Source: Gemmatimonadales bacterium (lineage in GTDB: Bacteria; Gemmatimonadota; Gemmatimonadetes; Gemmatimonadales; GWC2-71-9). From it: DNA of 56,152 bases. The notes under the pieces are model-generated. The model had not been told where the DNA came from and did not search any database. It worked only from the letters and a program-made list of their open reading frames with translations. Within the stretch, counting starts at the first letter, position 1. Every line of letters begins with the position of its first letter. A program made the translations under genes and the position numbers. Positions 1-9,854 of the stretch are shown piece after piece. Location: NCBI GenBank assembly GCA_036265635.1, contig DATAOR010000019.1, positions 1-56,152 on the forward strand. Direction: 5' to 3'.

Positions 1-390
1 ATCGGCCAGGATGACGAACTCGCGCGGGGCCATCTGGCGGCCGTGATAGAACCGGACGGGGCCGGACACCAGCAGGGTCTGACCGACGACGATGCTGCGG
101 TCGAGGAACGCCTGGCCCGGCCAGACGCACTCGAGCACGCCGCTGTCGTCGCGCAGCACGGCGTGGAAGATCCGAAGGCCCCGGCGGGTGGGCAGCACAC
201 CCTTGGCGATCACCCGCCCCACGCAGGCGACTTCCTGGCCGACCTCCGCCTTGACCAGCGGCGTCACGGTCGAAGCGTCGATGTAGCGATGGGGAAGGTG
301 CCACAGGAGGTCGCGGGCGGTGTGAATGCCCAGACGGGCCAACTGCTCGGCCCGGCGCTCGCCGATGCCCTTGAGGAACTTGACCGGCAT
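1..390 (-). CDS. recG: ATP-dependent DNA helicase RecG, N-terminal fragment (gene runs off the left edge)
   Basis: Not in the ORF track because there is no stop in the window. Hand translation of the minus strand from ATG at 390..388 gives MPVKFLKGIGERRAEQLARLGIHTARDLLWHLPHRYIDASTVTPL...GQTLLVSGPVRFYHGRQMAPREF. This is the usual RecG start (helix-hairpin-like GIGxxxAxxL, LPxRYxD, OB/wedge region). Confidence 0.7.
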   Translation of the reverse strand, partial: MPVKFLKGIGERRAEQLARLGIHTARDLLWHLPHRYIDASTVTPLVKAEVGQEVACVGRVIAKGVLPTRRGLRIFHAVLRDDSGVLECVWPGQAFLDRSIVVGQTLLVSGPVRFYHGRQMAPREFVILAD

Positions 391-483
391 GTCCAGCCGG
401 AGGGGCGCGGGCGGCCGGCGTGAGGACGGGCGGGGCGGCGTCATCGACCCGCGGCCGCGCCCGGGACGATCATCGTGGGCGGA

Positions 484-1428
484 TCAGGCCGGAGTATCGG
501 CCAGGAGGTGAGCCGCGAACCGCTGCGCATCGAACGGCTGGAGATCGTCCAAGCCCTCGCCGACGCCGAGAAACCGGATGGGAAGATCGAGCTCCCGTCG
601 GAGCGCGGCCACCGCGCCCCCGCGCGCGCTGCCGTCCAGCTTGGTCACGATGATGCCCGTGGGGCTCACCGCCTGGGCGAAGAGCTTGCCCTGCTGGACC
701 GCATTCTGGCCCACGGTTCCGTCCAGCACCAGCAACGTTTCGTGCGGGGCGCCCGGCAGCCGGCGGCCGACCACCCGCACGACCTTCCGCAGCTCGTCCA
801 TCAATCCTTCCTGGGTGTGCAACCGGCCGGCCGTGTCCACGATGATGGTATCGAGCCCGCGGGAGGTGGCCGCATCGACCGCGTTGAACGCCACCGAGGC
901 CGGGTCGCCACCCGGCTGGCCCGCGACGCAGGGAATGCCTAGCCGGTCGGCCCACACCTGGAGCTGGGTAATGGCACCAGCGCGGTAGGTATCGGCCGCC
1001 GCCAGGAGCACCTTCCGGCCCTCGCGCTGGAGCCGGCGGGCCAGCTTGGCGGCGCTGGTGGTCTTGCCGGTGCCGTTGACCCCCACCATGACGATGACGG
1101 TGGCCCCGGACGCGGCTCGAGCGATGCTGCCGGGGTCGGCCCGTCCGTTGAGCAGGGCGGCGAGCCGGCCCTCGAGCGCGCGTCGCAGATCGCCCTCGGT
1201 CTTGAGCTTGCCTTTGCGGACCTCGTCCTCGAGGGCCTGGGTGAGCTCCACCGTGGCCGGTACGCCGAAGTCGGCCTCGATCAGGACCCGCTCCATGCGC
1301 TCGAGGTCGTCCGCGTTGAGGCCCCGCATCAGCGCGCCGACGTCCGTCATGGCGATGCGCTTGATCCGGCCCCAGAGGCTGTCCTTCCGATCCGTCAGTC
1401 TGCCGTTGGCCATGCCGGAATCTACCAC
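484..1428 (-). CDS. ftsY: Signal recognition particle receptor FtsY (short form, NG domain only)
   Basis: 314-aa ORF with SRP-GTPase motifs GVNGTGKTTSAAKLA, DTAGRLH and TKLDGSARGG. Confidence 0.9.
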   Translation of the reverse strand: MVDSGMANGRLTDRKDSLWGRIKRIAMTDVGALMRGLNADDLERMERVLIEADFGVPATVELTQALEDEVRKGKLKTEGDLRRALEGRLAALLNGRADPGSIARAASGATVIVMVGVNGTGKTTSAAKLARRLQREGRKVLLAAADTYRAGAITQLQVWADRLGIPCVAGQPGGDPASVAFNAVDAATSRGLDTIIVDTAGRLHTQEGLMDELRKVVRVVGRRLPGAPHETLLVLDGTVGQNAVQQGKLFAQAVSPTGIIVTKLDGSARGGAVAALRRELDLPIRFLGVGEGLDDLQPFDAQRFAAHLLADTPA

Positions 1429-1452
1429 GATCCCAACGCGGTCCGATCCGCC

Positions 1453-3252
1453 CTAACGCAGACCCATCCTCCGGCGCGCCAGCCACTCACCCGCCAGCGC
1501 CGCGACGCAGAGGCCGAACAGCCAGAGCCGGTCGCGGGCAGCCCGCCGCTCCGCTGGTGGCGGGGTGACGGCCTCGTGAGGATGCAGGGTCGGTGCCCTG
1601 GGCGGCAGCTCGTCCGAGAAGGTCTCGACCGCGACCGTCCCACCGCCCCCACCGGCCAGCCGGTAGCGGTACACTCCCGGATGAAGGAAGACCGGGGCGT
1701 GGCCGCTGCCGTCGAACCGGAGGGTGTCGGCCGCGGGCGCCCCGTCGCCCGACCAGGCGATGCCCACGCCTGCCGGCGGCCCGGCGCCCGCCCACTCGAA
1801 GACCACCGGCCGTCCGTTCTCGACCACCGGACGCACGACCCGGGCAGCCCCCGAAGCCGAATCCGCACCCCCCAGCAGCCAGCTCGCCGTGGCGGCCACC
1901 CAGGTACGGTAGGCCTGTTCGCTCGATCCCCCGCGGAAGGCCCAACGCCACAAGCCGGCCACCGCGACCGTGCTTCGCCGGACGCGTCCGGTCTCTCCTC
2001 CGACCACGGCTGGGCGAGGCGCACCGCGCCGGCCGAGCTGTGCCGTGAGTCCGGTCCAGTCACCCGGGCCGAGGGTCACCGGCGCCAGCAGCATGGCCGG
2101 AGGAAAGGAATCGACCGGCTGGCCCAGGAACGCACCGGCCACGGGCGTGGCGCCGCCGGGCGCGAGATACCAGTCGCCCGGCAGCGCCCCTGAATCGGCT
2201 GCGGTCGGCCAGGTCCAGATCCCGCGGGCCGTGGTGCCGGCGGTGAGCGACCGGACGCGGCCCATCGCGATCAGCAGATCGGCCCGGCGGGCGGCCTGAC
2301 GGACCGTCGCGTCGGAGACGATCGTGAGGTCGGCCATGGCCCGCCAATGGGCAGGATCGAGTCGAGCGTAGCCCCGGACCGGCAGTTGGGCCACCTCGCG
2401 CAAGGTGCGATACAGGAAACGGCTGTCCCAGTCGGCCGGATCCGCCAGCAGCACCACCCCAGGCGTCGGCGCTACCGTCACCAGGCGGAGCCGCACGTCG
2501 GTGCGCGGCTCGTCATCCGGGCTGCCGACCAGCCCGACCTGGATCACATGGGATCCGGGCCCGATGGCGGCCGACGGCAGTGCGAGGCGGCCGCGCCCGT
2601 TTCCGTTGGAGAGCCGGATCCGTCGCGCCGCGAGACGCTTGCCGCTCAGTCTGGCCTCGACCGTGGCACTGTCCGCCCCCGCGCCTCCGGTGGCCTCGAC
2701 AGTCACCTCGAGCGGGATCGTGTCTCCCGCGGTCACCCGAGTGGGCGCCTCCACCTGACGAAGCACCAGATCGGGCCGGGGCGCCCGGGGAAACAGGCGG
2801 ACCGATATACGTTGCAGCAGGTCTGCCGGCAGGTCGTTGGCGTCGTCGATCTCCCCGTCGGTCACCACGATCACGGGCCGGTCCGACGCCGCCGCGGCCG
2901 TGAGCGCCGGCGCCAGGAGCGAGCGTCCCCGGTCGGCCAGGGTATCCATCCCACCGCGCTCGTCGCCGAACCGCCGTACCTCGCCCCAGCGTGCCGCCGA
3001 GTCGCGCGCCCCTGATCCGCGGCTCCCCGCGCTGGTCATGCTGAGCGAGGCGTCCAGCAGCACGATCGGCCGGCGAGGCGCGCCGGGTACCGGACAGCTG
3101 ACGTTGAGCAGGAGCAAGCCGAGCGCGGCCCAGGCAACCGTGCGGCAGGCGAGCGGAATCCAGGCCCGGGGACCGGCCCGCTCGAGCACCAGATAGGTGA
3201 AGGCTGCCAGGGCCATCGCCCCCAGCAGCACCAGCACGGCGCTGAGCATCAT
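1453..3252 (-). CDS. Membrane protein with BatA-like N-terminal double-TM and vWA-like domain
   Basis: 599-aa ORF. It has N-terminal hydrophobic helices, the MIDAS-like motif VLLDASLSMTS (DxSxS), VIVVTDGE and a C-terminal TM (LWLFGLCVAALAGEWL). It overlaps the hisA stop by 4 nt. Confidence 0.55.
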   Translation of the reverse strand: MMLSAVLVLLGAMALAAFTYLVLERAGPRAWIPLACRTVAWAALGLLLLNVSCPVPGAPRRPIVLLDASLSMTSAGSRGSGARDSAARWGEVRRFGDERGGMDTLADRGRSLLAPALTAAAASDRPVIVVTDGEIDDANDLPADLLQRISVRLFPRAPRPDLVLRQVEAPTRVTAGDTIPLEVTVEATGGAGADSATVEARLSGKRLAARRIRLSNGNGRGRLALPSAAIGPGSHVIQVGLVGSPDDEPRTDVRLRLVTVAPTPGVVLLADPADWDSRFLYRTLREVAQLPVRGYARLDPAHWRAMADLTIVSDATVRQAARRADLLIAMGRVRSLTAGTTARGIWTWPTAADSGALPGDWYLAPGGATPVAGAFLGQPVDSFPPAMLLAPVTLGPGDWTGLTAQLGRRGAPRPAVVGGETGRVRRSTVAVAGLWRWAFRGGSSEQAYRTWVAATASWLLGGADSASGAARVVRPVVENGRPVVFEWAGAGPPAGVGIAWSGDGAPAADTLRFDGSGHAPVFLHPGVYRYRLAGGGGGTVAVETFSDELPPRAPTLHPHEAVTPPPAERRAARDRLWLFGLCVAALAGEWLARRRMGLR

Positions 3253-3983
3253 GCCGAGGGCGTCGCCCCCGCCGCCGCGGCCAGGGCGTCAGCCAGGGTG
3301 AACCGGCCCTCGTACAGCGCCCGTCCCACGATCGCGCCGGCCAGGCCGGCTTCACGTGCGGCCGTGAGATCGGCCAGGGCCGCCACACCGCCACTGGCGA
3401 TAACGGCCGGCCCGAGCGCCTGCAGCCGCCCGGCGCCCGTCAGATCGGGCCCGCCCAGCATGCCGTCACGGGCCACGTCGGTATAGATGACCGTGCGCAC
3501 GCCCTCGGCGGCCACCCGAGCCGCCAGGCCCTCGGTCGTGAAGGGGGTGACTTCGGTCCAGCCCCGGATGGCGACCCGGCCGTCGCGGGCATCGATGCCG
3601 ACTGCGACCCGGTCGGGCCCGGCGGCCACGACGGCGGCCGGCACCACCGCCGGGTCGATCGCCGCCGCGGTCCCGATGACCACCCGCGTGACCCCCTGGT
3701 CGAGCCCCTGGCGAACCCCGTCCACGCTACGCATCCCCCCGCCAAGCTGGACTCGGACGCGCCGACCCACCCGCGCGACGACCCGCCGAACCAGCGCCAG
3801 GTTGTCCCCGTCGCCGAAGGCCCGATCCAGGTCGACCACGTGGATCCACTCCGCGCCCTGCTCGGCGAACCGCTCCGCCACCGCGACCGGATCGTCCCCG
3901 TAAACGGTTTGCCGCGTCGCCTCGCCCTGGCTCAGGCGGACGACGCGGCCGTGTCGGATGTCGATGGCGGGGTAGAGGTCCAC
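3249..3983 (-). CDS. hisA: ProFAR isomerase HisA (or PriA-like)
   Basis: 244 aa with YPAIDIRHGRVVRL, HVVDLDRAFG and (beta/alpha)8 phosphate-binding GG motifs (IASGGV). Confidence 0.85.
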   Translation of the reverse strand: MDLYPAIDIRHGRVVRLSQGEATRQTVYGDDPVAVAERFAEQGAEWIHVVDLDRAFGDGDNLALVRRVVARVGRRVRVQLGGGMRSVDGVRQGLDQGVTRVVIGTAAAIDPAVVPAAVVAAGPDRVAVGIDARDGRVAIRGWTEVTPFTTEGLAARVAAEGVRTVIYTDVARDGMLGGPDLTGAGRLQALGPAVIASGGVAALADLTAAREAGLAGAIVGRALYEGRFTLADALAAAAGATPSA

Positions 3984-3993
3984 TCCAGAATCG

Positions 3994-5295
3994 CTACGGC
4001 AGCCACCGGGCCTGGGTTTCCGCCGACTTGGCGGCCGGCGGGGCCTGGGCCACGGCGTCGACGGAGCCGGGGTGCAGCAGGGCCAGGAGCCGGCCGCGCT
4101 CGCGATCGAAGTCGCCCCGGAGGGCGTCGCGGATCGGCGCCCCGTTGCCCAGCTCCACCCGGCGGGAATCCTTGGCCACGCCGTTGACCCGGAACTCGTA
4201 GTGCAGGTGCGGGCCGCTGGCCAGCCCGGTCATGCCGACGAAGCCGATGGTCTGGCCCTGTTCCACCCGCACGCCGGCGCGAACGCCCCGGGCAAAGGCG
4301 CGGAGATGGCCGTATCTGGTGGTGATGCCGTTGCGGTGTCGCAGCTCGATCAGGTTGCCGTACCCGCCGGCGCGGCCGGCCCGAAGCACCACGCCGTCGC
4401 CTGCGGCCATGACTGGGGTTCCCGGCGCCGCGGCGTAATCGGTGCCCTCGTGCCGCCTGGTGATGCCCAGCACCGGATGAAATCGCGCCCGGTTAAAGGT
4501 GGAGGAGATCCGGCGGAACTGCACCGGGGCCCGGAGGAAGGCCCGTCGCAGCGAGTTGCCGCTGGTATCGAAGAAGGCGGCCCGACCATCGGCCTCGAAC
4601 CGGAGGGCGGTCAGGCTCCGGCCGGACATGGTGAGGTCAGCCGCCAGCACCCGGCCGAAGCGGATTTCCCCATCCTCCGAGACCAGCCGCTCGAACACCA
4701 CCTGGAATTGGTCGCCCGGCTGGATGTCGCGGGTGAAGTCCACCTGCCAGGCGTAGACATCGGCCAGGTCCCAGGCGAGCCGCTGGCGGTCGGACCCGTC
4801 GAGCTGCTCGTCGGGGACCTGCGCGTCGAGCGCCTCGTACAGCGAGTTGTCAATGCCGCCTTCCGCCCGCATCGTCTCGGCCCGCCAGGCGATGGTCTCG
4901 ACCTGGCTGCGCCAGCCGTCGGCGCCGTGGGTAAAGACGACCCGCCGCTCGGGCCCGGTGCGGACACTCACCTGGGTCGGAGCGGCGGCGGTGTCGGGTT
5001 GGCGGAAGCTGAAGACGAGGCCGGAAGGGAGTCGCCTGGGGTCGAGCGCGCGGCTGGTGTCGGTCCGGTTGAGGTCGAGATCGCCCACCCCGTGGCGGAC
5101 GAACAGGTCGGAGACCGTCTCGCCCCGCCGGAGCGTGTCCACCACCTCACGGATGGTCGAGGCGACGACCGGTCGGGGCACTACCGCCGCCGGCGCCGCG
5201 GGCGGCAGCCGGCGCCACGGCCACCAGCCCGTCAGCGCGAAGGCGGCCGCCGCCCCGACCACGGCGGCGGCCGCGGCGATCCGGCCGACCCGCAT
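3994..5295 (-). CDS. Membrane-anchored M23 (LytM-type) metallopeptidase
   Basis: 433 aa with an N-terminal TM (AAAAAVVGAAAAFALTGWW). M23 motifs are HEGTDYAA, GYGNLIELRH and GPHLHYEFRVNG. Its start overlaps the ftsZ stop in a TGATG junction. Confidence 0.85.
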   Translation of the reverse strand: MRVGRIAAAAAVVGAAAAFALTGWWPWRRLPPAAPAAVVPRPVVASTIREVVDTLRRGETVSDLFVRHGVGDLDLNRTDTSRALDPRRLPSGLVFSFRQPDTAAAPTQVSVRTGPERRVVFTHGADGWRSQVETIAWRAETMRAEGGIDNSLYEALDAQVPDEQLDGSDRQRLAWDLADVYAWQVDFTRDIQPGDQFQVVFERLVSEDGEIRFGRVLAADLTMSGRSLTALRFEADGRAAFFDTSGNSLRRAFLRAPVQFRRISSTFNRARFHPVLGITRRHEGTDYAAAPGTPVMAAGDGVVLRAGRAGGYGNLIELRHRNGITTRYGHLRAFARGVRAGVRVEQGQTIGFVGMTGLASGPHLHYEFRVNGVAKDSRRVELGNGAPIRDALRGDFDRERGRLLALLHPGSVDAVAQAPPAAKSAETQARWLP

Positions 5296-6491
5296 CAGTC
5301 CATCTGCCGGCGGATGAAGGTCGGGATCTCCATCTCGGGCACCTCGCTCGAGCCGGCCGCAGGCGCTTGCGGCAGCCGGGGCGGCACACGCGGGGCGGGG
5401 GCCGGCTGGGCCGGTGTGGCGGCGGGCTGGCTCGGCATCCCCGGTGAGGAGGGCCGGCCCTGGCGCTGCGGGAAGGTCAGCACGCCGGCCGCGCCCGAGG
5501 TCCGGACCTGGGAGGGCTGGTCGCCGGTGACCGCCCGGTCGAACCCGGTGGCGATCACGGTCACCCGCACTTCCCCGTGCATGGCGGGGTCGTTGCCGGC
5601 GCCGAAGATGATCTCCGCGTCGTCGCCCACGGCGTCGTGGATGATGTCGTTGATCTGGGTGGTCTCACCCAGGGTCAGGTCGTCGCCGCCGATGATGTTG
5701 ATCAGCACGCCGGTGGCGCCGGCGATCGAGACGTTGTCCAGCAGCGGGCTGGCGATGGCCTGCTGGGCCGCCTCGAGGGCCCGGTTGTCCCCCCGGCCGA
5801 TCCCGGTGCCCATCAGGGCCGCCCCGCCGTTCTGCATGACGGTGCGGACGTCGGCGAAGTCGACGTTGATGATCCCGGTGCTGGTGATCAGGCTGGCGAT
5901 GCCTTGGGTGGCGTGGAGCAGCACTTCGTCGGCCTTCTTGAGGGCCTCCTGGAACGGAATCCCCTTGCCGACCACGGCGAGGAGCCGCTCGTTGGGCACC
6001 ACGATCATGGTGTCCACGTTCTTCCGCAGCTCGGCGATTCCCTGCTCCGCCTGCTTCATCCGCCGCCGTCCCTCGAACAGGAACGGCTTGGTGACGATGC
6101 CCACGGTGAGCGCCCCGGTCTCGCGGGCCATCTGGGCGACGACGGGCGCCGCGCCGGTGCCGGTGCCGCCCCCCATGCCGCAGGTGACGAAGACCATGTC
6201 GGCGCCCTGAACCGACTGGGCCACCTCGTCCCGGTTCTCCTCGATCGCCTGCCGCCCGATCTCGGGCCGGGCCCCGGCGCCGAGTCCCCGGGTCAGCTTG
6301 CGCCCGATCTGGATCTTGATGTCCGACTTGGAGATCGCCAGCGACTGGGCGTCGGTGTTGACCGAGATGAACTCGACCCCACCGAGCTGGTCCTCGATCA
6401 TCCGATTCACCGCGTTGCCGCCACCCCCGCCGACGCCCACCACCTTCATCCGCGCCGTCTGGATGCCGCTCTCTTCCAGCTCAAATCTCAT
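5295..6491 (-). CDS. ftsZ: Cell division GTPase FtsZ
   Basis: 398 aa with [13 protein letters not shown], the tubulin signature [11 protein letters not shown] and the C-terminal peptide IPTFIRRQ. Confidence 0.97.
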   Translation of the reverse strand: MRFELEESGIQTARMKVVGVGGGGGNAVNRMIEDQLGGVEFISVNTDAQSLAISKSDIKIQIGRKLTRGLGAGARPEIGRQAIEENRDEVAQSVQGADMVFVTCGMGGGTGTGAAPVVAQMARETGALTVGIVTKPFLFEGRRRMKQAEQGIAELRKNVDTMIVVPNERLLAVVGKGIPFQEALKKADEVLLHATQGIASLITSTGIINVDFADVRTVMQNGGAALMGTGIGRGDNRALEAAQQAIASPLLDNVSIAGATGVLINIIGGDDLTLGETTQINDIIHDAVGDDAEIIFGAGNDPAMHGEVRVTVIATGFDRAVTGDQPSQVRTSGAAGVLTFPQRQGRPSSPGMPSQPAATPAQPAPAPRVPPRLPQAPAAGSSEVPEMEIPTFIRRQMD

Positions 6492-6498
6492 GGTGTGT

Positions 6499-6504
6499 TC
6501 CCTC
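6499..6504 (-). promoter_or_regulatory. Shine-Dalgarno (GAGGGA) for ftsZ
   Basis: The minus strand reads GAGGGAACACACC-ATG, a purine-rich SD 7 nt upstream of the ftsZ ATG. Confidence 0.5.
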
Positions 6505-6512
6505 GGCCCGAC

Positions 6513-7763
6513 TCAGAAGAAGTCCTGGAGCCACCGTTTCACCGGAGCGAGCACCTTCTCGACCGCGGGCGACTTGCGCCCCCCAGTGCCGAACCCGCTG
6601 GTGGCGACCTGGCGCGCCCCATAGAGCACGAGACCGGCCGAGACCGCCATGCGCGGGCTTTCCACGCTGTCGGCGAGACCGCGCAGCCGCTGTCCCGGGA
6701 TCCCGCAGCGGGCCGGCATCGCGAACACCTCGCGGGCCAGCTCCACGATGCCGGGGGTCAGCGCGCCGCCACCCGTCAGGATGACGCCGGCCGGCAATCG
6801 CTGAGAATAGCCGGCCCGGGTGATCTCGTCGAGCGCGTACTCGAGCACCTCCTGCAACCGCATATGCATGATGTGCGCGAGGACGCGCCGCTGGGCGTTC
6901 CGAGCACCCTGCCCTGGCGTGCTCGGCAGTTCGAAGACGTCGCTTTCGGGCACCAGCGGCTCGAATCCGCCGCCATACCGCTCCTTCAACCGTTCGGCGT
7001 CGAGCTGCGTCACCTGCAGCCCGTGGACGATGTCCGCCGTCACGTGGCCGCCGGCGCAGAGCAGCGATCCGGTGTGGCGGATCTTCCCGTTGTGGAAGAT
7101 CGACACGTTGGTGGACCCTCCGCCCAGCTCCACGATGGCGCAGCCCAGCTCAATCTCGTCGGGGGTCAGGACGGCCAGCGAGGCCGCCAGCGGCTCCAGC
7201 ACGAACTCCTGCACGTGGTAGCCGGCCCGCTCGACGCACTTCTTGAGGTTCTGCAGGACGCTCGTCAGCACCGTGACCAGGTAGACCTCGGCCTCCAGCC
7301 GGGAGCCCGTCATCCCGATCGGCTCGTTGATGCCGCCCTGCTGATCGATCAGATAGTCCTGGGGGATGGCGTGCAGCAGCTCGTGATCCCGCCCGAAGCT
7401 GATGTTGCTCGCCATGTCGTTGACCCGGGCCACGTCGCTGGTCCGGATCTCGTCGCCGGTGACGCTCACCATCCCGTGGGAGCTCCGGCCGGCGACGTGC
7501 TCGCCGGCAATGCCGCAATAGGCCGAGCCGACCTCGACCCCCGCCATACGTTGCGCGCTCTTCATGGCCCGGTCGATGGCCCGGGTGGTCTCCTCGATGT
7601 CACGGACCACCCCGCGGCGGATGCCGCTGGTCTTTTCCGAAGCCACGCCCAGGATCTTGGCGCCCACGTCTCGCGCGTCACCCGTCACCTCGGCGATGGC
7701 GGCGACCACCCGGGTCGAGCCCAGGTCGAGCGCGGCGACCAGGCGTTGCGGCTGGCTGCTCAT
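6513..7763 (-). CDS. ftsA: Cell division protein FtsA (actin-like ATPase)
   Basis: 416 aa with the phosphate-1 motif VAALDLGSTRV. It sits between ftsQ and ftsZ. Confidence 0.95.
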   Translation of the reverse strand: MSSQPQRLVAALDLGSTRVVAAIAEVTGDARDVGAKILGVASEKTSGIRRGVVRDIEETTRAIDRAMKSAQRMAGVEVGSAYCGIAGEHVAGRSSHGMVSVTGDEIRTSDVARVNDMASNISFGRDHELLHAIPQDYLIDQQGGINEPIGMTGSRLEAEVYLVTVLTSVLQNLKKCVERAGYHVQEFVLEPLAASLAVLTPDEIELGCAIVELGGGSTNVSIFHNGKIRHTGSLLCAGGHVTADIVHGLQVTQLDAERLKERYGGGFEPLVPESDVFELPSTPGQGARNAQRRVLAHIMHMRLQEVLEYALDEITRAGYSQRLPAGVILTGGGALTPGIVELAREVFAMPARCGIPGQRLRGLADSVESPRMAVSAGLVLYGARQVATSGFGTGGRKSPAVEKVLAPVKRWLQDFF

Positions 7764-8449
7764 GCGCGCGTCCGGCGGACGATCACCTGGCCGGCGAAGC
7801 GTCCATCGAGTTCCTGGTAGGCTCGCCCGCTTCGGGCCAGGGCCTGCGCCACCGCCATCACCGCTCGAATGTCCTCCGCGGAAACCTGCGCGCCGAACAG
7901 CAGGCGCCGCCCACCGACCTCCAGCACCACGTCGGGCCCTACCCGCCAGGCCGCCCCGATCCGGGCGAACAGGTCGGGATCGTAGTCCCGCACCCGGCCC
8001 AGCACGCCGGCCACCTGGGCGTCGCCGTTGGCGGCGAACGGCAGATCCGGGGCCGACCGCAGGGGATCGAACGGGAGCACCCGTCCCCGCCGATCGAGCG
8101 GCACCAGCCCTCCCCCGCGCCTGGCCAGCGCCACCGGAGTCGTCTCCTGCAGCGCTACGATCAGCGTGCCCGGCAGCCGCCGGCCCAGTTCGGCCGTGGC
8201 CACGCCCGGCAGGGCGCTCACCCGGCGGGCCAGCGGGGCCGCGTCGTCGAACACGCTCGCGGTGGCGGGCAGGTTGAGGGCGTCGATCACCTTCGCCGGA
8301 TCAAGATACTGCAATCCGACGATCTCCACCCGCCTCACCCGAAAGAACTCGAGCCCGCGCAGCAGCCGTGGCGATCCGAACCAGAGTGCCAGCCCCAGCA
8401 GCGCGGCGCCGAGCACCCGCCAGCCGGGTTTCAGGCGGCCCCGAGCCAC
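7760..8449 (-). CDS. ftsQ: Cell division protein FtsQ (POTRA)
   Basis: 229 aa with an N-terminal TM (VLGAALLGLALWF) followed by a POTRA-like segment (FRVRRVEIVGLQYLD). Conserved position upstream of ftsA, with a 4-nt overlap. Confidence 0.75.
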   Translation of the reverse strand: MARGRLKPGWRVLGAALLGLALWFGSPRLLRGLEFFRVRRVEIVGLQYLDPAKVIDALNLPATASVFDDAAPLARRVSALPGVATAELGRRLPGTLIVALQETTPVALARRGGGLVPLDRRGRVLPFDPLRSAPDLPFAANGDAQVAGVLGRVRDYDPDLFARIGAAWRVGPDVVLEVGGRRLLFGAQVSAEDIRAVMAVAQALARSGRAYQELDGRFAGQVIVRRTRA

Positions 8450-9804
8450 CCGACCAGTTCGGGCCCTACCCGGGTGATGTCGCCGGCGCCGAGGGTAAGC
8501 ACCACGTCACCCGGCTCGAGCGCCTCGTAGACCCGGCGGCCCACCGCGGCCCGGGTCGGCTCGAACCGCGCGTCGGCGCCGGCTTCCTGGGCGGCGTCGG
8601 CGACCTGCCGCCCGCTCACGCCCGGAATCGGCTGTTCCCGGGCGGCGTACACCTCGGTCACCACTACCATGTCGGCCGCGGCCAGCGCCTCGCCCATGGC
8701 GCGACCGTGTGCCGCGGTGCGGGAGTAGAGATGGGGTTGAAACACCGCCACCAGCCGGCGGCCCGGGAATGCCTGCCGGGCGGCGGCCAGCGTGGCGGTC
8801 AGCTCGGACGGATGGTGGGCATAGTCGTCGACCACGGCCACACCGCCATGCTCTCCCAGCCGCTCGAACCGGCGGCCGACCCCGGTGAACTCCGCCAGCG
8901 CGCCGGCTGCCCGGTCGAGGTCGGCGCCCAGGGCGTCGCAGGCCGCCAGCGCCCCGACCGCGTTCCGGAGGTTGTGCACCCCGGGAACGCGGAGCCGAAG
9001 CCGGAGGGAGCGCCCGTCGCGCCACCGGACCTCCGCCTCGGTTCGGTCGGCCAGCTGCATGGTGTCGCAAATTCTGACGTCGGCCTCCTCCGCGAACCCG
9101 AACCGGCTGACCCGGCCCGCCAATCGGGCTGCCACCCGGCCGGCCCCTGGATCATCCGCGCTGATGACGGCGGTGGCCGCGCGGCCGGCAAACTCGACGA
9201 AGGCATCCTCCAGCGCTTCGACCGAGCCGTAGCACTCGAGATGGTCGGGCTCGACGTTATTCACCACCGCCACGGTGGGGTGCAGGGTCAGAAACGCCTT
9301 GTCGTACTCGTCGGCCTCGACCACGAACAGATCGTCACCCGCCAGCCGGGCGTTCCCGCCCCAGGCGGTGACCCGCCCGCCCGCCAGGCCGGTGGGTGCC
9401 AGCCCCGCCTCGGCCAGGGCCTCGGTGGCCATCACTGTGGTCGTCGTCTTGCCGTGGGTCCCGGAAACGCAGACCGACCGCGCGCTTCCCACCAGGGCCG
9501 CCAGCGCTTCCTTGCGGGGGACGACAGGGATCCCGAGGGCGCGGGCTCGCGCCAGCTCAGGATGCTGTTCCGGGACCGCGGCACTGACGACCACGGCCCG
9601 GGCGCCGTCGAGGTGCGCGGGGTCGTGGCCGGCCCAGATCCGAGCGCCCATGGCGGCGACATCGGCGGCGCCCGCCGGGTCGGTGTCGCAGCCGCTCACG
9701 ACCACCCCGCGCCGGCAGGCGATCATGGCGAGCGCGCTCATCCCGGCGCCGCCGACACCAACGAAGTGAACCGGGCGACGATCTGTGGGGGTGAACAGGT
9801 TCAT
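8431..9804 (-). CDS. murC: UDP-N-acetylmuramate--L-alanine ligase
   Basis: 457 aa with VHFVGVGGAGMSALA and the Mur ligase P-loop GTHGKTTTT. Confidence 0.93.
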   Translation of the reverse strand: MNLFTPTDRRPVHFVGVGGAGMSALAMIACRRGVVVSGCDTDPAGAADVAAMGARIWAGHDPAHLDGARAVVVSAAVPEQHPELARARALGIPVVPRKEALAALVGSARSVCVSGTHGKTTTTVMATEALAEAGLAPTGLAGGRVTAWGGNARLAGDDLFVVEADEYDKAFLTLHPTVAVVNNVEPDHLECYGSVEALEDAFVEFAGRAATAVISADDPGAGRVAARLAGRVSRFGFAEEADVRICDTMQLADRTEAEVRWRDGRSLRLRLRVPGVHNLRNAVGALAACDALGADLDRAAGALAEFTGVGRRFERLGEHGGVAVVDDYAHHPSELTATLAAARQAFPGRRLVAVFQPHLYSRTAAHGRAMGEALAAADMVVVTEVYAAREQPIPGVSGRQVADAAQEAGADARFEPTRAAVGRRVYEALEPGDVVLTLGAGDITRVGPELVGWLGAA

Positions 9805-9854
9805 GATGGATGCGCAAATGTAAGAGGGGGCCGCTTGATCTGAAAGTCCGGGGA

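Noticed and set aside
4072-7820. Very long plus-strand ORFs (4072..6210, 712 aa; 5577..7820, 747 aa) that look like large genes
   Set aside because: They lie antisense to the M23 peptidase, ftsZ and ftsA, whose translations carry unmistakable family motifs. The plus-strand products are Arg/Gly/Pro/Ala-rich and low-complexity, with no motifs. These are typical shadow ORFs of a high-GC genome.
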